In this document: in pieces, positions 36,102-44,140 of the stretch
Layout of the letters: every line of letters starts with the position of its first letter
How positions within the stretch are numbered: position 1 is the first letter of the stretch
Virus record (IMG/VR): IMGVR_UViG_3300037245_000940
Span: 1 to 57,686 of that record
Length of the DNA: 57,686 bases
Strand: one strand, 5' to 3'
DNA from: a virus
Lineage: Duplodnaviria; Caudoviricetes
Made by a program: the position numbers and the translations under genes
The notes under the pieces: model-generated
Told to the model about the DNA's origin: nothing
The model's input: only the letters and a program-made list of their open reading frames with translations
Database searches by the model: none

Positions 36102-36194
36102 AGGAGGTTACACAATGCGCCGCACTTGAATTTAGCTTAACTACATACAACCCACACTGTATGTAGTTAGGCTTGCTTTAAGAAGGAGGAAGAT

Positions 36195-36551
36195 GTGAGT
36201 GGTTATAGTGTTGTGAAGGTAGAATGGAGAACATCGGTAATTGAATGTTGCGATGGTATATATGGATACATTGGTGATTATTTATTTTTTACTATTGATA
36301 AACCTATTCTTAATCTTAATAATAAATCGCATTTCTTATCTTCGAATCTACCTGGTCATAGGTGGGCTGGTGATACCGTTAGTAGCAACAGCATCAAAGA
36401 ACTCCAATCAAAAGCCCAAGAGCTATTTGATAAGTTCATTAAGAGTATGATTGTGATTGAAGTTGATATTAATCTTGATGTTCCAGAAAGAAGCGATGAA
36501 GAGATAATAAAAGACTATAATGAGGTAATGGAGATTTTAAATGAAACCTAA
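36195..36551 (+). CDS. Hypothetical protein
   Basis: AAGGAGG RBS, GTG start. Confidence 0.75.
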   Translation: MSGYSVVKVEWRTSVIECCDGIYGYIGDYLFFTIDKPILNLNNKSHFLSSNLPGHRWAGDTVSSNSIKELQSKAQELFDKFIKSMIVIEVDINLDVPERSDEEIIKDYNEVMEILNET

Positions 36552-36738
36552 ACACAGCAACAAGAGCTTTGATGTTAGTGCTACGAAGGAAAATAGAACT
36601 ACTCAGTGCCCCTCGTGCTTTATACAACATAACTATGTAGCAAACTTCACAGACTTTAAAGAAAATATAATGTTTCATCTTGAAGAATGTTATATATGTA
36701 AACGTCAATGGATTCAAAAAGATATTAAGAGGAAATAA
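36541..36738 (+). CDS. Zinc-ribbon small protein
   Basis: CPSC...CYIC; GGAG RBS. Confidence 0.6.
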   Translation: MKPKHSNKSFDVSATKENRTTQCPSCFIQHNYVANFTDFKENIMFHLEECYICKRQWIQKDIKRK

Positions 36739-36739
36739 C

Positions 36740-36964
36740 ATGGACCTATCATCAAAAACAAAAAGAAAACCATTCCATCCTCAAGATACACAGGACTTCT
36801 TTCTGAATAGCATAGCATTAGCTAAGAAGCTTAAGGTGCATTGCGGATTTAAACCTATTGTATCTATGAGCGCCGATTCATTGTACACTGTTCGGTGTAC
36901 TGTTTGCGGTAAACAGATATCAGGGAAAGATGAGAAGGAGATTGTTAGGTTATGGAACAAGTAG
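36740..36964 (+). CDS. Lar-like zinc-ribbon small protein
   Basis: HCG..P....VRC.VCG.......IVRLWN pattern; GAGGA RBS. Confidence 0.5.
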   Translation: MDLSSKTKRKPFHPQDTQDFFLNSIALAKKLKVHCGFKPIVSMSADSLYTVRCTVCGKQISGKDEKEIVRLWNK

Positions 36965-37218
36965 TATATGCAGGAAAATCAGCTATTAGAGAAGAGCTAT
37001 TAATTAAACATAAAGAGATACATGATGTAAAAATAGTTTCTCCTTTTGATCCAAGCAGAGATACTAAATTTATAATATACGTAACTCAATACGAAGAATA
37101 CATTAGGTACAATATATTGCAAACATTAAGAGACTTATTACCTGTTGGGATACATCCTAGGTTATTGTTCTATACATGTATCGTAGATCACACTCCTAGC
37201 CGTGATTGGAGAATGTAG
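36952..37218 (+). CDS. Hypothetical protein with weak baseplate-J central-domain pattern
   Basis: G.SAI...I.DV.I...F.IYV...IL..L....PVGI. Confidence 0.5.
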   Translation: MEQVVYAGKSAIREELLIKHKEIHDVKIVSPFDPSRDTKFIIYVTQYEEYIRYNILQTLRDLLPVGIHPRLLFYTCIVDHTPSRDWRM

Positions 37219-37278
37219 TATTGATACTAAGAAACCTTAAAAACGGTGCAACGTTCGGTGTATGTGAAAGGATAATAA

Positions 37279-37656
37279 ATGATTAACGGAAATTATGGAA
37301 AAGAATTAATACTAGACTTACATGATTGTGATATCACAAAATTTAATCGCAAAAGTCTTGATGAATATTTTAAAAAGATATGTAAAGAAATTAAGATGGT
37401 TCAGTGTGAAAGATATTTTTGGGATGATATAGGTGTACCAGTAGAAGAACAGCAAACATCAGCACATACGAAGGGCACATCTGCTGTTCAGTTTATATTA
37501 ACAAGCTCTATTGTAATACATACTCTTGAATTAATGAATGCTGCTTATATTAATATTTTTTCATGTAAAGACTTCGATGCTAAATTAGCAGAGAAATTAA
37601 CATGTAAATGGTTCAACTCTAGTAGTTGTAAATCAACTATAGTTGAAAGGGTTTAA
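37279..37656 (+). CDS. speD: S-adenosylmethionine decarboxylase proenzyme family (class 1B)
   Basis: YGKELILDLHDCD, GTSAVQFILTSSIVIHT, YINIFSCKDFD. Confidence 0.85.
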   Translation: MINGNYGKELILDLHDCDITKFNRKSLDEYFKKICKEIKMVQCERYFWDDIGVPVEEQQTSAHTKGTSAVQFILTSSIVIHTLELMNAAYINIFSCKDFDAKLAEKLTCKWFNSSSCKSTIVERV

Positions 37657-38646
37657 ATGTTAGGAATCTTTATTATACCAACTGGTATAGGTTCTGAAAT
37701 AGGTGGACATGCAGGAGATGCTAGCCCTTCTGCGAAACTTATATCATCTGCATGTTCTAAGCTAATAGTAAACCCTAACGTTGTCAATGCTTCGGATATC
37801 AACGAAATGGCAGATAACATGCTATATGTTGAGGGATCTATGATAGATAGATTCTTAAAGCTAGAAATCAATCTAAAAGAATCATATCAAAATAAAATAT
37901 TAGTAGTAGCAAATGGTCCGTTGACAAGTGATACTGTCAATGCTGTCAATGCTGCACGTTCAACAATAGGAATTGAGGTTTCTGTATTAGAACTTAAAAC
38001 ACCCTTAGTAATGAATGCTAATATAGAAAACATAGCTACAGGTAATGTTAGTGGTGTAGATTCATTAATTGAACAAGTTAATAAATATGAATTCGATGCA
38101 CTTGCTATTCATACTCCAATAACTGTTGATAGAAATGTAGCTCTAAATTATTTCAGAAACGGAGGTATCAACCCATGGGGAGGTATAGAAGCAATTGTAT
38201 CTAAAATGATTACAAGCAGACTAGATAAGCCAGTAGCACATGCGCCTATTGAAAGTATTAATATTGATGACAAAGAGTTATACTTTTTTAATGATACAGT
38301 AGATCCTAGAATAGCTCCTGAAGCGATATCTAATTGTTTTTTACATTGTGTTCTAAAAGGGCTTCACAAGGCACCTAAAATTGGTGGCATAATGTGCGCA
38401 CATGATGTAAAGTTCTTAATATCACCATATGGTTGTTTCGGTGAACCCCATAGAGCATGCGGAAGATTAGGAATACCTATAATAATGGTTAAGGAAAATA
38501 AAACAGTGTTAAATGACACTATGCCAAAAGATGGAATAATTTTTGTTGAAAATTACCATGAAGCTGCTGGTATTGTTCTTTCATTTAAATCTGGTATTAG
38601 TATTGAATCAGTAAGGCGTCCTATTAAGCAATTAGATGTTTTATAA
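37657..38646 (+). CDS. DUF3326 family protein
   Basis: IPTGIG.EIGGHAGDA, PNVVNASDINE, YVEG..IDRF, WGGIEA.VS, PVAHAP, DPR.A.E, CVL.GL..AP, NY.EAAG. Confidence 0.8.
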   Translation: MLGIFIIPTGIGSEIGGHAGDASPSAKLISSACSKLIVNPNVVNASDINEMADNMLYVEGSMIDRFLKLEINLKESYQNKILVVANGPLTSDTVNAVNAARSTIGIEVSVLELKTPLVMNANIENIATGNVSGVDSLIEQVNKYEFDALAIHTPITVDRNVALNYFRNGGINPWGGIEAIVSKMITSRLDKPVAHAPIESINIDDKELYFFNDTVDPRIAPEAISNCFLHCVLKGLHKAPKIGGIMCAHDVKFLISPYGCFGEPHRACGRLGIPIIMVKENKTVLNDTMPKDGIIFVENYHEAAGIVLSFKSGISIESVRRPIKQLDVL

Positions 38647-38652
38647 AGTAAC

Positions 38653-40071
38653 ATGATATACAAAAAAACAATATCCTCTGAATCATGGCGCGCAACCCCA
38701 TCAACATACATATATAAAATCTTCGGTGGTCGATGGAAGCCCTACAAGCACTTAGTAGGTCCATTAGATTATGTAGGTCAGAAAGTATTAGAAGGTGGTG
38801 CAAGGATCATCATCAATATGCCTGCACAGTATGGCAAGAGCTATACTTTCTCAGTAGGCTTTACTTTATGGTACCTTGAGCACTTCCCAGAGCACCAAAT
38901 AGTACATACATCTTATGAAAGCACATTAAGTAGACGATTCAGCGCACAAGCTAGAGATGAGGCTATTAATAATGATCTTATTAATTTAACAATTAGCAGA
39001 GATAATAGATCGTCTTCAGATTGGCGTACTGCAATACCTAATGAAAAAGGAATATTAATAGATAGTGGTGGTTTTCGTTCAACTGGTATGGGTGGTGCTA
39101 TTTCTGGTATTGGTAGTAACCTAACTATAGTCGATGATCCGTTAAAAGGTATGCAAGAGGCATTATCAGATACCTATAGCGAAAATAATAAGTTGTTCCA
39201 CGAAGGGACGCTTGAGAAACGTTGTCGTAAGGGTGGCTCGATAATAGTAATCTGCACTAGATGGAGTGAAAAGGATTATTGCGAGTATTTAATAAAAGAA
39301 AATAGCGATGATTGGACAGTTATTAAGATCAAGGAGAAAGCAGAAGAGAACGATATATTAGGGCGCAAGGTAGGTGAATGTCTATGTCCTGATTTGCATA
39401 GTCAAGCCCGTGTGGATAAGCGTGACGATGGTTCGATAGTCTGGGTATCGATGAGCCAACAAGAGCCTACATCATTAGATGGTAACATATTTAAGCGTGA
39501 TAAGTTCCAAAGGTGGTTACGATTACCTGAATTCGATTTTACATTTATCAGTTGGGATATGAACTTCGGTAATCAAACTGATATGAGCGCCACTGATAGC
39601 GTAGTAGGTCAATACTGGGGTTATAAAGGCGCTGATAAGTATTTAATAGACAGGGTTAACTTAGTAATAGACTTTGCACAAACACTTCATATTGTAAAAG
39701 ATTTTAACATGAAGCATACTAAGGCTAGTATGAACTTGATAGAAAATAAGGCTAATGGTCCGGCTGTTATATCAGCATTAACTCGAATAATGAGCGGTCT
39801 AGTACCCTGGAAACCGCAAGGTAAGATGGTACAGGCTATAGCTACACAGCCGCATGTTCAAAGTAGCAATGTGTATATACCTGATTCAATAGAAAGCGAA
39901 TATATAACCGGCAGTGGTAGAAAAACTACGGGTTGTGATTGGGTTAATGAATTCTTAGATCAGGTATGCGGTTTTCCTAATAAGAAGCATGATGATGATG
40001 TTGATGCTTTCACTCAAGCTATATTAAAGATTGAGGAGTTGAAAGAATTCGGACAGATTATGATTGGTTAA
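38653..40071 (+). CDS. terL: Terminase large subunit
   Basis: IINMPAQYGKS Walker A, IVDDP Walker B, TRW, ISWD, IENKANG, FPN.KHDD.VDAFTQA nuclease motif. Confidence 0.95.
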   Translation: MIYKKTISSESWRATPSTYIYKIFGGRWKPYKHLVGPLDYVGQKVLEGGARIIINMPAQYGKSYTFSVGFTLWYLEHFPEHQIVHTSYESTLSRRFSAQARDEAINNDLINLTISRDNRSSSDWRTAIPNEKGILIDSGGFRSTGMGGAISGIGSNLTIVDDPLKGMQEALSDTYSENNKLFHEGTLEKRCRKGGSIIVICTRWSEKDYCEYLIKENSDDWTVIKIKEKAEENDILGRKVGECLCPDLHSQARVDKRDDGSIVWVSMSQQEPTSLDGNIFKRDKFQRWLRLPEFDFTFISWDMNFGNQTDMSATDSVVGQYWGYKGADKYLIDRVNLVIDFAQTLHIVKDFNMKHTKASMNLIENKANGPAVISALTRIMSGLVPWKPQGKMVQAIATQPHVQSSNVYIPDSIESEYITGSGRKTTGCDWVNEFLDQVCGFPNKKHDDDVDAFTQAILKIEELKEFGQIMIG

Positions 40072-40391
40072 TCCTTTTCTTTTATACCGCCCTTATAAAA
40101 GAATTCTTTCATCTCTTTATTAGCATTCAACTTAGTATCTATGTTTCTTCTCCATTCGCCCCTTGTCTTAACTCTCATTATGGTTATCAGCTCGTTACTA
40201 CCGTTTTCGAACAGAACTCTATATAGTCTGCTTTCATATTTAAGCAACCACCATGATCTATTCCAACTTGCTTGCTCTAAGAATAGAACTTCATTATTTT
40301 CTAATATCATAGATATTATATTGCTGATAAACTTATCTTCATCTTTTACGCCTACTCTTTGTCTTATTCTTTGTCTTAGGTGTTCACTCAT
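40068..40391 (-). CDS. Hypothetical protein
   Basis: SEHLRQRIRQR ... LITI; convergent with TerL. Confidence 0.7.
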   Translation of the reverse strand: MSEHLRQRIRQRVGVKDEDKFISNIISMILENNEVLFLEQASWNRSWWLLKYESRLYRVLFENGSNELITIMRVKTRGEWRRNIDTKLNANKEMKEFFYKGGIKEKD

Positions 40392-40408
40392 TATTATGTT
40401 CCTTCATT

Positions 40409-40639
40409 TTACAAGGTATCATTTAGTGCATTTAATGCAAGACTGCTTGCTACTTTATTAGTGCATCTATTCTTCTTTGCAAGCTTATAAGTAGCGCCCA
40501 CTATGGTTGCCTGTGCTATTCTAAGTCCATCACCAAAATTGTCAGTGCCAAAACTCATTTTTAGATAATATCTATCAAGATCAAGCTGTTTTAGAAGAGA
40601 TTCCAAGCTGTATGCTTTATCCGTGGTTATCTTTTTCAT
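40409..40639 (-). CDS. Hypothetical protein
   Basis: Start moved to MKKITT, coupled to the upstream stop. Confidence 0.65.
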   Translation of the reverse strand: MKKITTDKAYSLESLLKQLDLDRYYLKMSFGTDNFGDGLRIAQATIVGATYKLAKKNRCTNKVASSLALNALNDTL

Positions 40640-40845
40640 TATACCCTTCCCCTTTTCAAGCATTCTTCATGCCCAAATAAATCACTAATAAAAGTCCAAA
40701 ACGTACTGCCATGAAATTCACTTTTATGTTTCTCTGATTTACTTTGCCTAAATACCTCCATAGCGTGCTTATTGCACACGTCACAAGGCCCGAATTTTGT
40801 TGATGAATTGTTCATTGAGGTTAGCTTGTATTTATAGGTTGGCAT
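40639..40845 (-). CDS. Hypothetical protein (CxxC...HxxC)
   Basis: GGAGG RBS before MPTYKY. Confidence 0.7.
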   Translation of the reverse strand: MPTYKYKLTSMNNSSTKFGPCDVCNKHAMEVFRQSKSEKHKSEFHGSTFWTFISDLFGHEECLKRGRV

Positions 40846-40846
40846 T

Positions 40847-40993
40847 TTAAGATACCTCCCATTCATTTTTGCAATGATAATTTAAACACTGCGCTTTTTT
40901 AACAGGCAATCCACTATCAAGATAATAATTATAGTAAACAATGTTAGCGCATTTAGGACAGATAGCTTTTTTGATACCTTTATCCTGTTCCAT
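40847..40993 (-). CDS. 48-aa zinc-ribbon protein (not in ORF track)
   Basis: AAGGGG RBS; MEQDKGIKKAICPKC...CLNYHC. Confidence 0.55.
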   Translation of the reverse strand: MEQDKGIKKAICPKCANIVYYNYYLDSGLPVKKAQCLNYHCKNEWEVS

Positions 40994-41067
40994 AATGTAC
41001 CCCTTTTCATCGTTCATTAATCACTTAGCAAAGCCCCTGGTTTGCAAGGGTAAGGCTAAGGGGTTAA

Positions 41068-41292
41068 TCAGTTAAGCTTAATAAATGATTCTACAGTTTT
41101 GCTTGTATTGTATGTTTCACCTTCCTTTATAGATAAAAAATATTGATCAATATATACCATATGCTCATGATGGTATATATTTGTTTCAATATAATCATAA
41201 CCAGCGTCGCAAAGTGTTTCTGGAACAATGTAACAAATATTGATTTTAAAATACTGTCCATCGTAACTTACATTCGGATTATTCATATTCAT
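41068..41292 (-). CDS. Hypothetical early protein
   Basis: GAGGAG RBS, downstream of promoter. Confidence 0.7.
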   Translation of the reverse strand: MNMNNPNVSYDGQYFKINICYIVPETLCDAGYDYIETNIYHHEHMVYIDQYFLSIKEGETYNTSKTVESFIKLN

Positions 41293-41341
41293 TTCGCTTG
41301 CTCCTCTTTGTGTGTTGTTCGTTTCCTTCATCATGTTTTAT

Positions 41342-41370
41342 AATTTATCACGGTTCTTTGAGCTTGTCAA
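41342..41370 (-). promoter_or_regulatory. Sigma70-type promoter
   Basis: TTGACA-N17-TAAATT, extended TG, long A-rich UP element. Confidence 0.75.
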
Positions 41371-41422
41371 CACTTTTTTTTATTTTATTTTAAATAAAGT
41401 GTAAGGTGCTGAAATTGCTAGG

Positions 41423-41830
41423 TTAAAACTTCTCTTTATATTTCTCCTGAACATCTTTAAGACCATCCCAGAACCCGATTTCATCATAATAAGCTGTCAA
41501 CGTTTTGAGCATTTTTATAGCTAGGCTGTTTGAATATCCGATCTTATCACAGTCTTTGTTCCCATCGTCTTCTTCTAAGCTTATTTGGTCGAGCTTATCT
41601 AGTACCCCTTTAGCTATCTTTTCGCTGTTAAATAGATGTGATACAGCTAACCCAGATTTTAAATGAGTTACATAAAAACCCTTTCTTAGAGTACCTCTTA
41701 TAGAATCTTTGCTATATGGTCTATTAACTGCATAAAATCCCTGGTTAGAAATTAAGCCCTCTACTTTTCCTTTTGTAGTATTTCCATCTTTATCCATCTC
41801 AAGAGCTACGCTTATTATATCTCTTTTCAA
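41423..41830 (-). CDS. Hypothetical protein
   Basis: AAGGG RBS, TTG start; YVTHLKSGLAV motif. Confidence 0.7.
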   Translation of the reverse strand: MKRDIISVALEMDKDGNTTKGKVEGLISNQGFYAVNRPYSKDSIRGTLRKGFYVTHLKSGLAVSHLFNSEKIAKGVLDKLDQISLEEDDGNKDCDKIGYSNSLAIKMLKTLTAYYDEIGFWDGLKDVQEKYKEKF

Positions 41831-41843
41831 GGTGCGCCCTTTC

Positions 41844-41874
41844 TACCACCTGCACTTATTCTGTGCAGGTGGTA
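41844..41874. repeat. 12-bp GC-rich hairpin between cassette genes
   Basis: TACCACCTGCAC-TTATTCT-GTGCAGGTGGTA. Confidence 0.85.
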
Positions 41875-41881
41875 AGTGTTT

Positions 41882-42097
41882 TTAGATTTCTTCGATGATA
41901 AATAAGCAATTACCTGATGCGCTGATGATTTGACCGTCGTTTTCTATTACAGGATCGTTAGCAAAGCCTAAACGTTCTACTTCAGAAGCAAACCATGATC
42001 CTGATTCATTCCATCGACTGCATACACCACACATTGTTTCCATTGTATCTGATGCGTGATTCAAAAGAGCAGTTTTTAGTGTAATAAATGTATTCAT
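41882..42097 (-). CDS. Hypothetical early protein
   Basis: AAGGAG RBS before MNTFIT. Confidence 0.7.
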   Translation of the reverse strand: MNTFITLKTALLNHASDTMETMCGVCSRWNESGSWFASEVERLGFANDPVIENDGQIISASGNCLFIIEEI

Positions 42098-42146
42098 CCT
42101 GTATTCTCCTTCTGTTGCTGTGTTGTTCCCTGTTTCCATAATCAGT

Positions 42147-42175
42147 AATTTATCAGAACCGATTAAACTTGTCAA
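42147..42175 (-). promoter_or_regulatory. Sigma70-type promoter
   Basis: TTGACA-N17-TAAATT, extended TG, A-rich UP element. Confidence 0.75.
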
Positions 42176-42342
42176 CACTTTTTTTTATTTTATTTTAAAT
42201 AAATTGTAAGGTGTTGTAATTATTCAGTTAATTTTGCATTTAAAAATATTCTTTTAATCTTTTGTTAATTTTGCTCATTAATTAACCTAAAAGATTAAAT
42301 AAAGCATAACCCTTCGTTTTTACAGAGAAAATAACTTTTAGA

Positions 42343-42371
42343 TTGACAAACAGGGGGCAATGTGAGATGAT
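42343..42371 (+). promoter_or_regulatory. Possible sigma70-type promoter for a small RNA
   Basis: TTGACA-N17-GATGAT with extended TG. Confidence 0.45.
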
Positions 42372-42377
42372 AAAACC

Positions 42378-42450
42378 TGTTCGGCCACTTACTTTCTTCT
42401 TTTTGTTCGCCCCTAGGTTACCTCCATTACCTAGGGGCGTTTCCTTTTCT
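42378..42450 (+). ncRNA. Candidate ~70-nt sRNA ending in an 11-bp hairpin with ACCTCC loop
   Basis: Pyrimidine tract, CGCCCCTAGGT-TACCTCCATT-ACCTAGGGGCG, T-rich tail. Confidence 0.4.
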
Positions 42451-42631
42451 ATACCATGCCAAATCAACAACGATGACCGCTGTGACGATATCGCCCTATA
42501 AGACGATAGCTAGGATGATTGAATCATCGGATCGGTTTAGGGCGATATGAGGCGAATCGATTAACTCTCAAAATAACTTGAATAAGGAGATCCACAAGAC
42601 AAACTTGTACGACCAACTGTAGTATAAGAGG

Positions 42632-42978
42632 TTTTTTTCAAAAAACTTTTTAACTTCCATTTTTCAACTTACAACCTTACAACCTACAAAAACCTAGTAT
42701 ATAAGCAGGGTTAGAATGTAGGGAGCAAGGTCAAGTGTGGGCTTACAAGTCTTATCTGGACTGCATAAAATATTAAGTTGGAGGTATCTTCGAGTAACCA
42801 CCTGTTGTTGCTCTGCTCTCTTGTGGAAATTATGCACCAAAGTATCTCAAAATAACTTAAAAATCGTCATAAGTACTTGATATAGTTGAAGATTTTTTTC
42901 GGCTCGTTTTGACCAACATAAAAATAAAAAAATATATGTAGGAAATGTAAGCCCACACTCGACCTTGCTCCCTACATT
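42632..42978. repeat. Origin-like element, copy 2, with 33-bp inverted repeats around an IHF consensus
   Basis: 42715-42747 vs 42946-42978 (1 mismatch); TATCAAGTACTTA on - strand at 42870-42882. Confidence 0.8.
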
Positions 42979-43056
42979 TCGGCCTACATTCAGTTACATC
43001 TATATAGCCTTAAAACTCCATGATTCTAAAGGGTTTAAAAAAAATAAAAAAAAGTG

Positions 43057-43085
43057 TTGACAAATTTGTAAGGACTTTGTAAGAT
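43057..43085 (+). promoter_or_regulatory. Sigma70-type promoter
   Basis: TTGACA-N17-TAAGAT with A-tract UP element. Confidence 0.75.
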
Positions 43086-43129
43086 GTTGGGCATACAGGG
43101 TCTTATTTTTACAAAGAAGGGGTTAAACG

Positions 43130-43345
43130 ATGTATGATGTACAAATTCACTTTAAGTATGGATTTATTCTTGAGGCGTTTGATTTGAATAACGAAGATAC
43201 AGATAATTTGCTTAGAAAGTACAAACAATTCATAGGAGTTGCATCACAAGTACATGCAGTTGACACAGACCATTACTCATTTTGCATTGGTGATGGCTTA
43301 TTTGATTTCTGTAACGTAATCCTAATCACATACGTCAAGAGGTAA
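43130..43345 (+). CDS. Hypothetical early protein
   Basis: AAGGGG RBS. Confidence 0.7.
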   Translation: MYDVQIHFKYGFILEAFDLNNEDTDNLLRKYKQFIGVASQVHAVDTDHYSFCIGDGLFDFCNVILITYVKR

Positions 43346-43349
43346 TACA

Positions 43350-43610
43350 ATGAACGACGCACTAAAAACAGTACAGCCGAATACAATCAAACCAGGGTAT
43401 AAGGTTCCTAAACAAAAACCACTCATTAATTTGCTTATAGAATTTAAACAACAGCTAAAAATTTGCGTAAACCTAAAAAGTGAAAATGAAAAGATACCTA
43501 ATCTGCCAAGAAATGAATATTTAGAAGGAAGATTAGACGCTCTAAAATATGTCATAGGTGAACTTAGTGAATGTTCACCAATCGGCGATCCGAGTGAAAC
43601 GTTAGCATAA
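43350..43610 (+). CDS. Hypothetical protein
   Basis: GAGG RBS; YLEGRLDAL. Confidence 0.7.
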   Translation: MNDALKTVQPNTIKPGYKVPKQKPLINLLIEFKQQLKICVNLKSENEKIPNLPRNEYLEGRLDALKYVIGELSECSPIGDPSETLA

Positions 43611-43627
43611 TATAAGGAGTGGGTATA

Positions 43628-43852
43628 ATGGCAGTAAAAAGAGTTCCATTAAGCGAAATTAGCAGTGAACTTTGGAATACAATATCTGAAGCTTTGATTG
43701 GCGAAACAGAACCCAAAGTATATGCTGTATTAATGGCATCATTTGAAATGGTAATGATGACATTTACACAAGACATAATGCCAAACTATAATCAGTCTCG
43801 TATTATTCAGATTGGTTATAACTTTGCTTGTAAAAAGTTATCTAAACATTAA
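43628..43852 (+). CDS. Hypothetical protein
   Basis: AAGGAG RBS before MAVKRV. Confidence 0.65.
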   Translation: MAVKRVPLSEISSELWNTISEALIGETEPKVYAVLMASFEMVMMTFTQDIMPNYNQSRIIQIGYNFACKKLSKH

Positions 43853-43883
43853 TGCAATGCACTAACCCAAGGAGAAAAGCACA

Positions 43884-44129
43884 ATGAAACTCTACACAAT
43901 AGAATACAATGCCAATTATCAATGGTTCGTATCATGCGACGGACAAAAAGTATCTGAATGCCAAGGGGGGTTTCAATACTCACCTGATTCAGAAACAATG
44001 ACAGACTCATTTGCAAACGATAGCAGTGCATCGTTCGCTGCTAAACAGTTAGCTTATGATTATTCAACTAGCAAGGTTGACAGTGTAGGTATGTATGATG
44101 GAACAGAGCTTATTAATGGGTTGATGTAG
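43884..44129 (+). CDS. Hypothetical acidic protein
   Basis: AAGGAG RBS. Confidence 0.7.
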   Translation: MKLYTIEYNANYQWFVSCDGQKVSECQGGFQYSPDSETMTDSFANDSSASFAAKQLAYDYSTSKVDSVGMYDGTELINGLM

Positions 44130-44140
44130 GAGGTATTATA

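Noticed and set aside
17970-40071. Inteins or group I introns in helicases, TS or terminase
   Set aside because: Protein lengths are ordinary, motifs are contiguous, and no LAGLIDADG/HNH or intein splice motifs were seen
42715-42978. IS element or transposon bounded by the 33-bp inverted repeats
   Set aside because: No transposase, no evident target-site duplication, and the arm sequence recurs beside the primase, which fits an origin-type motif better
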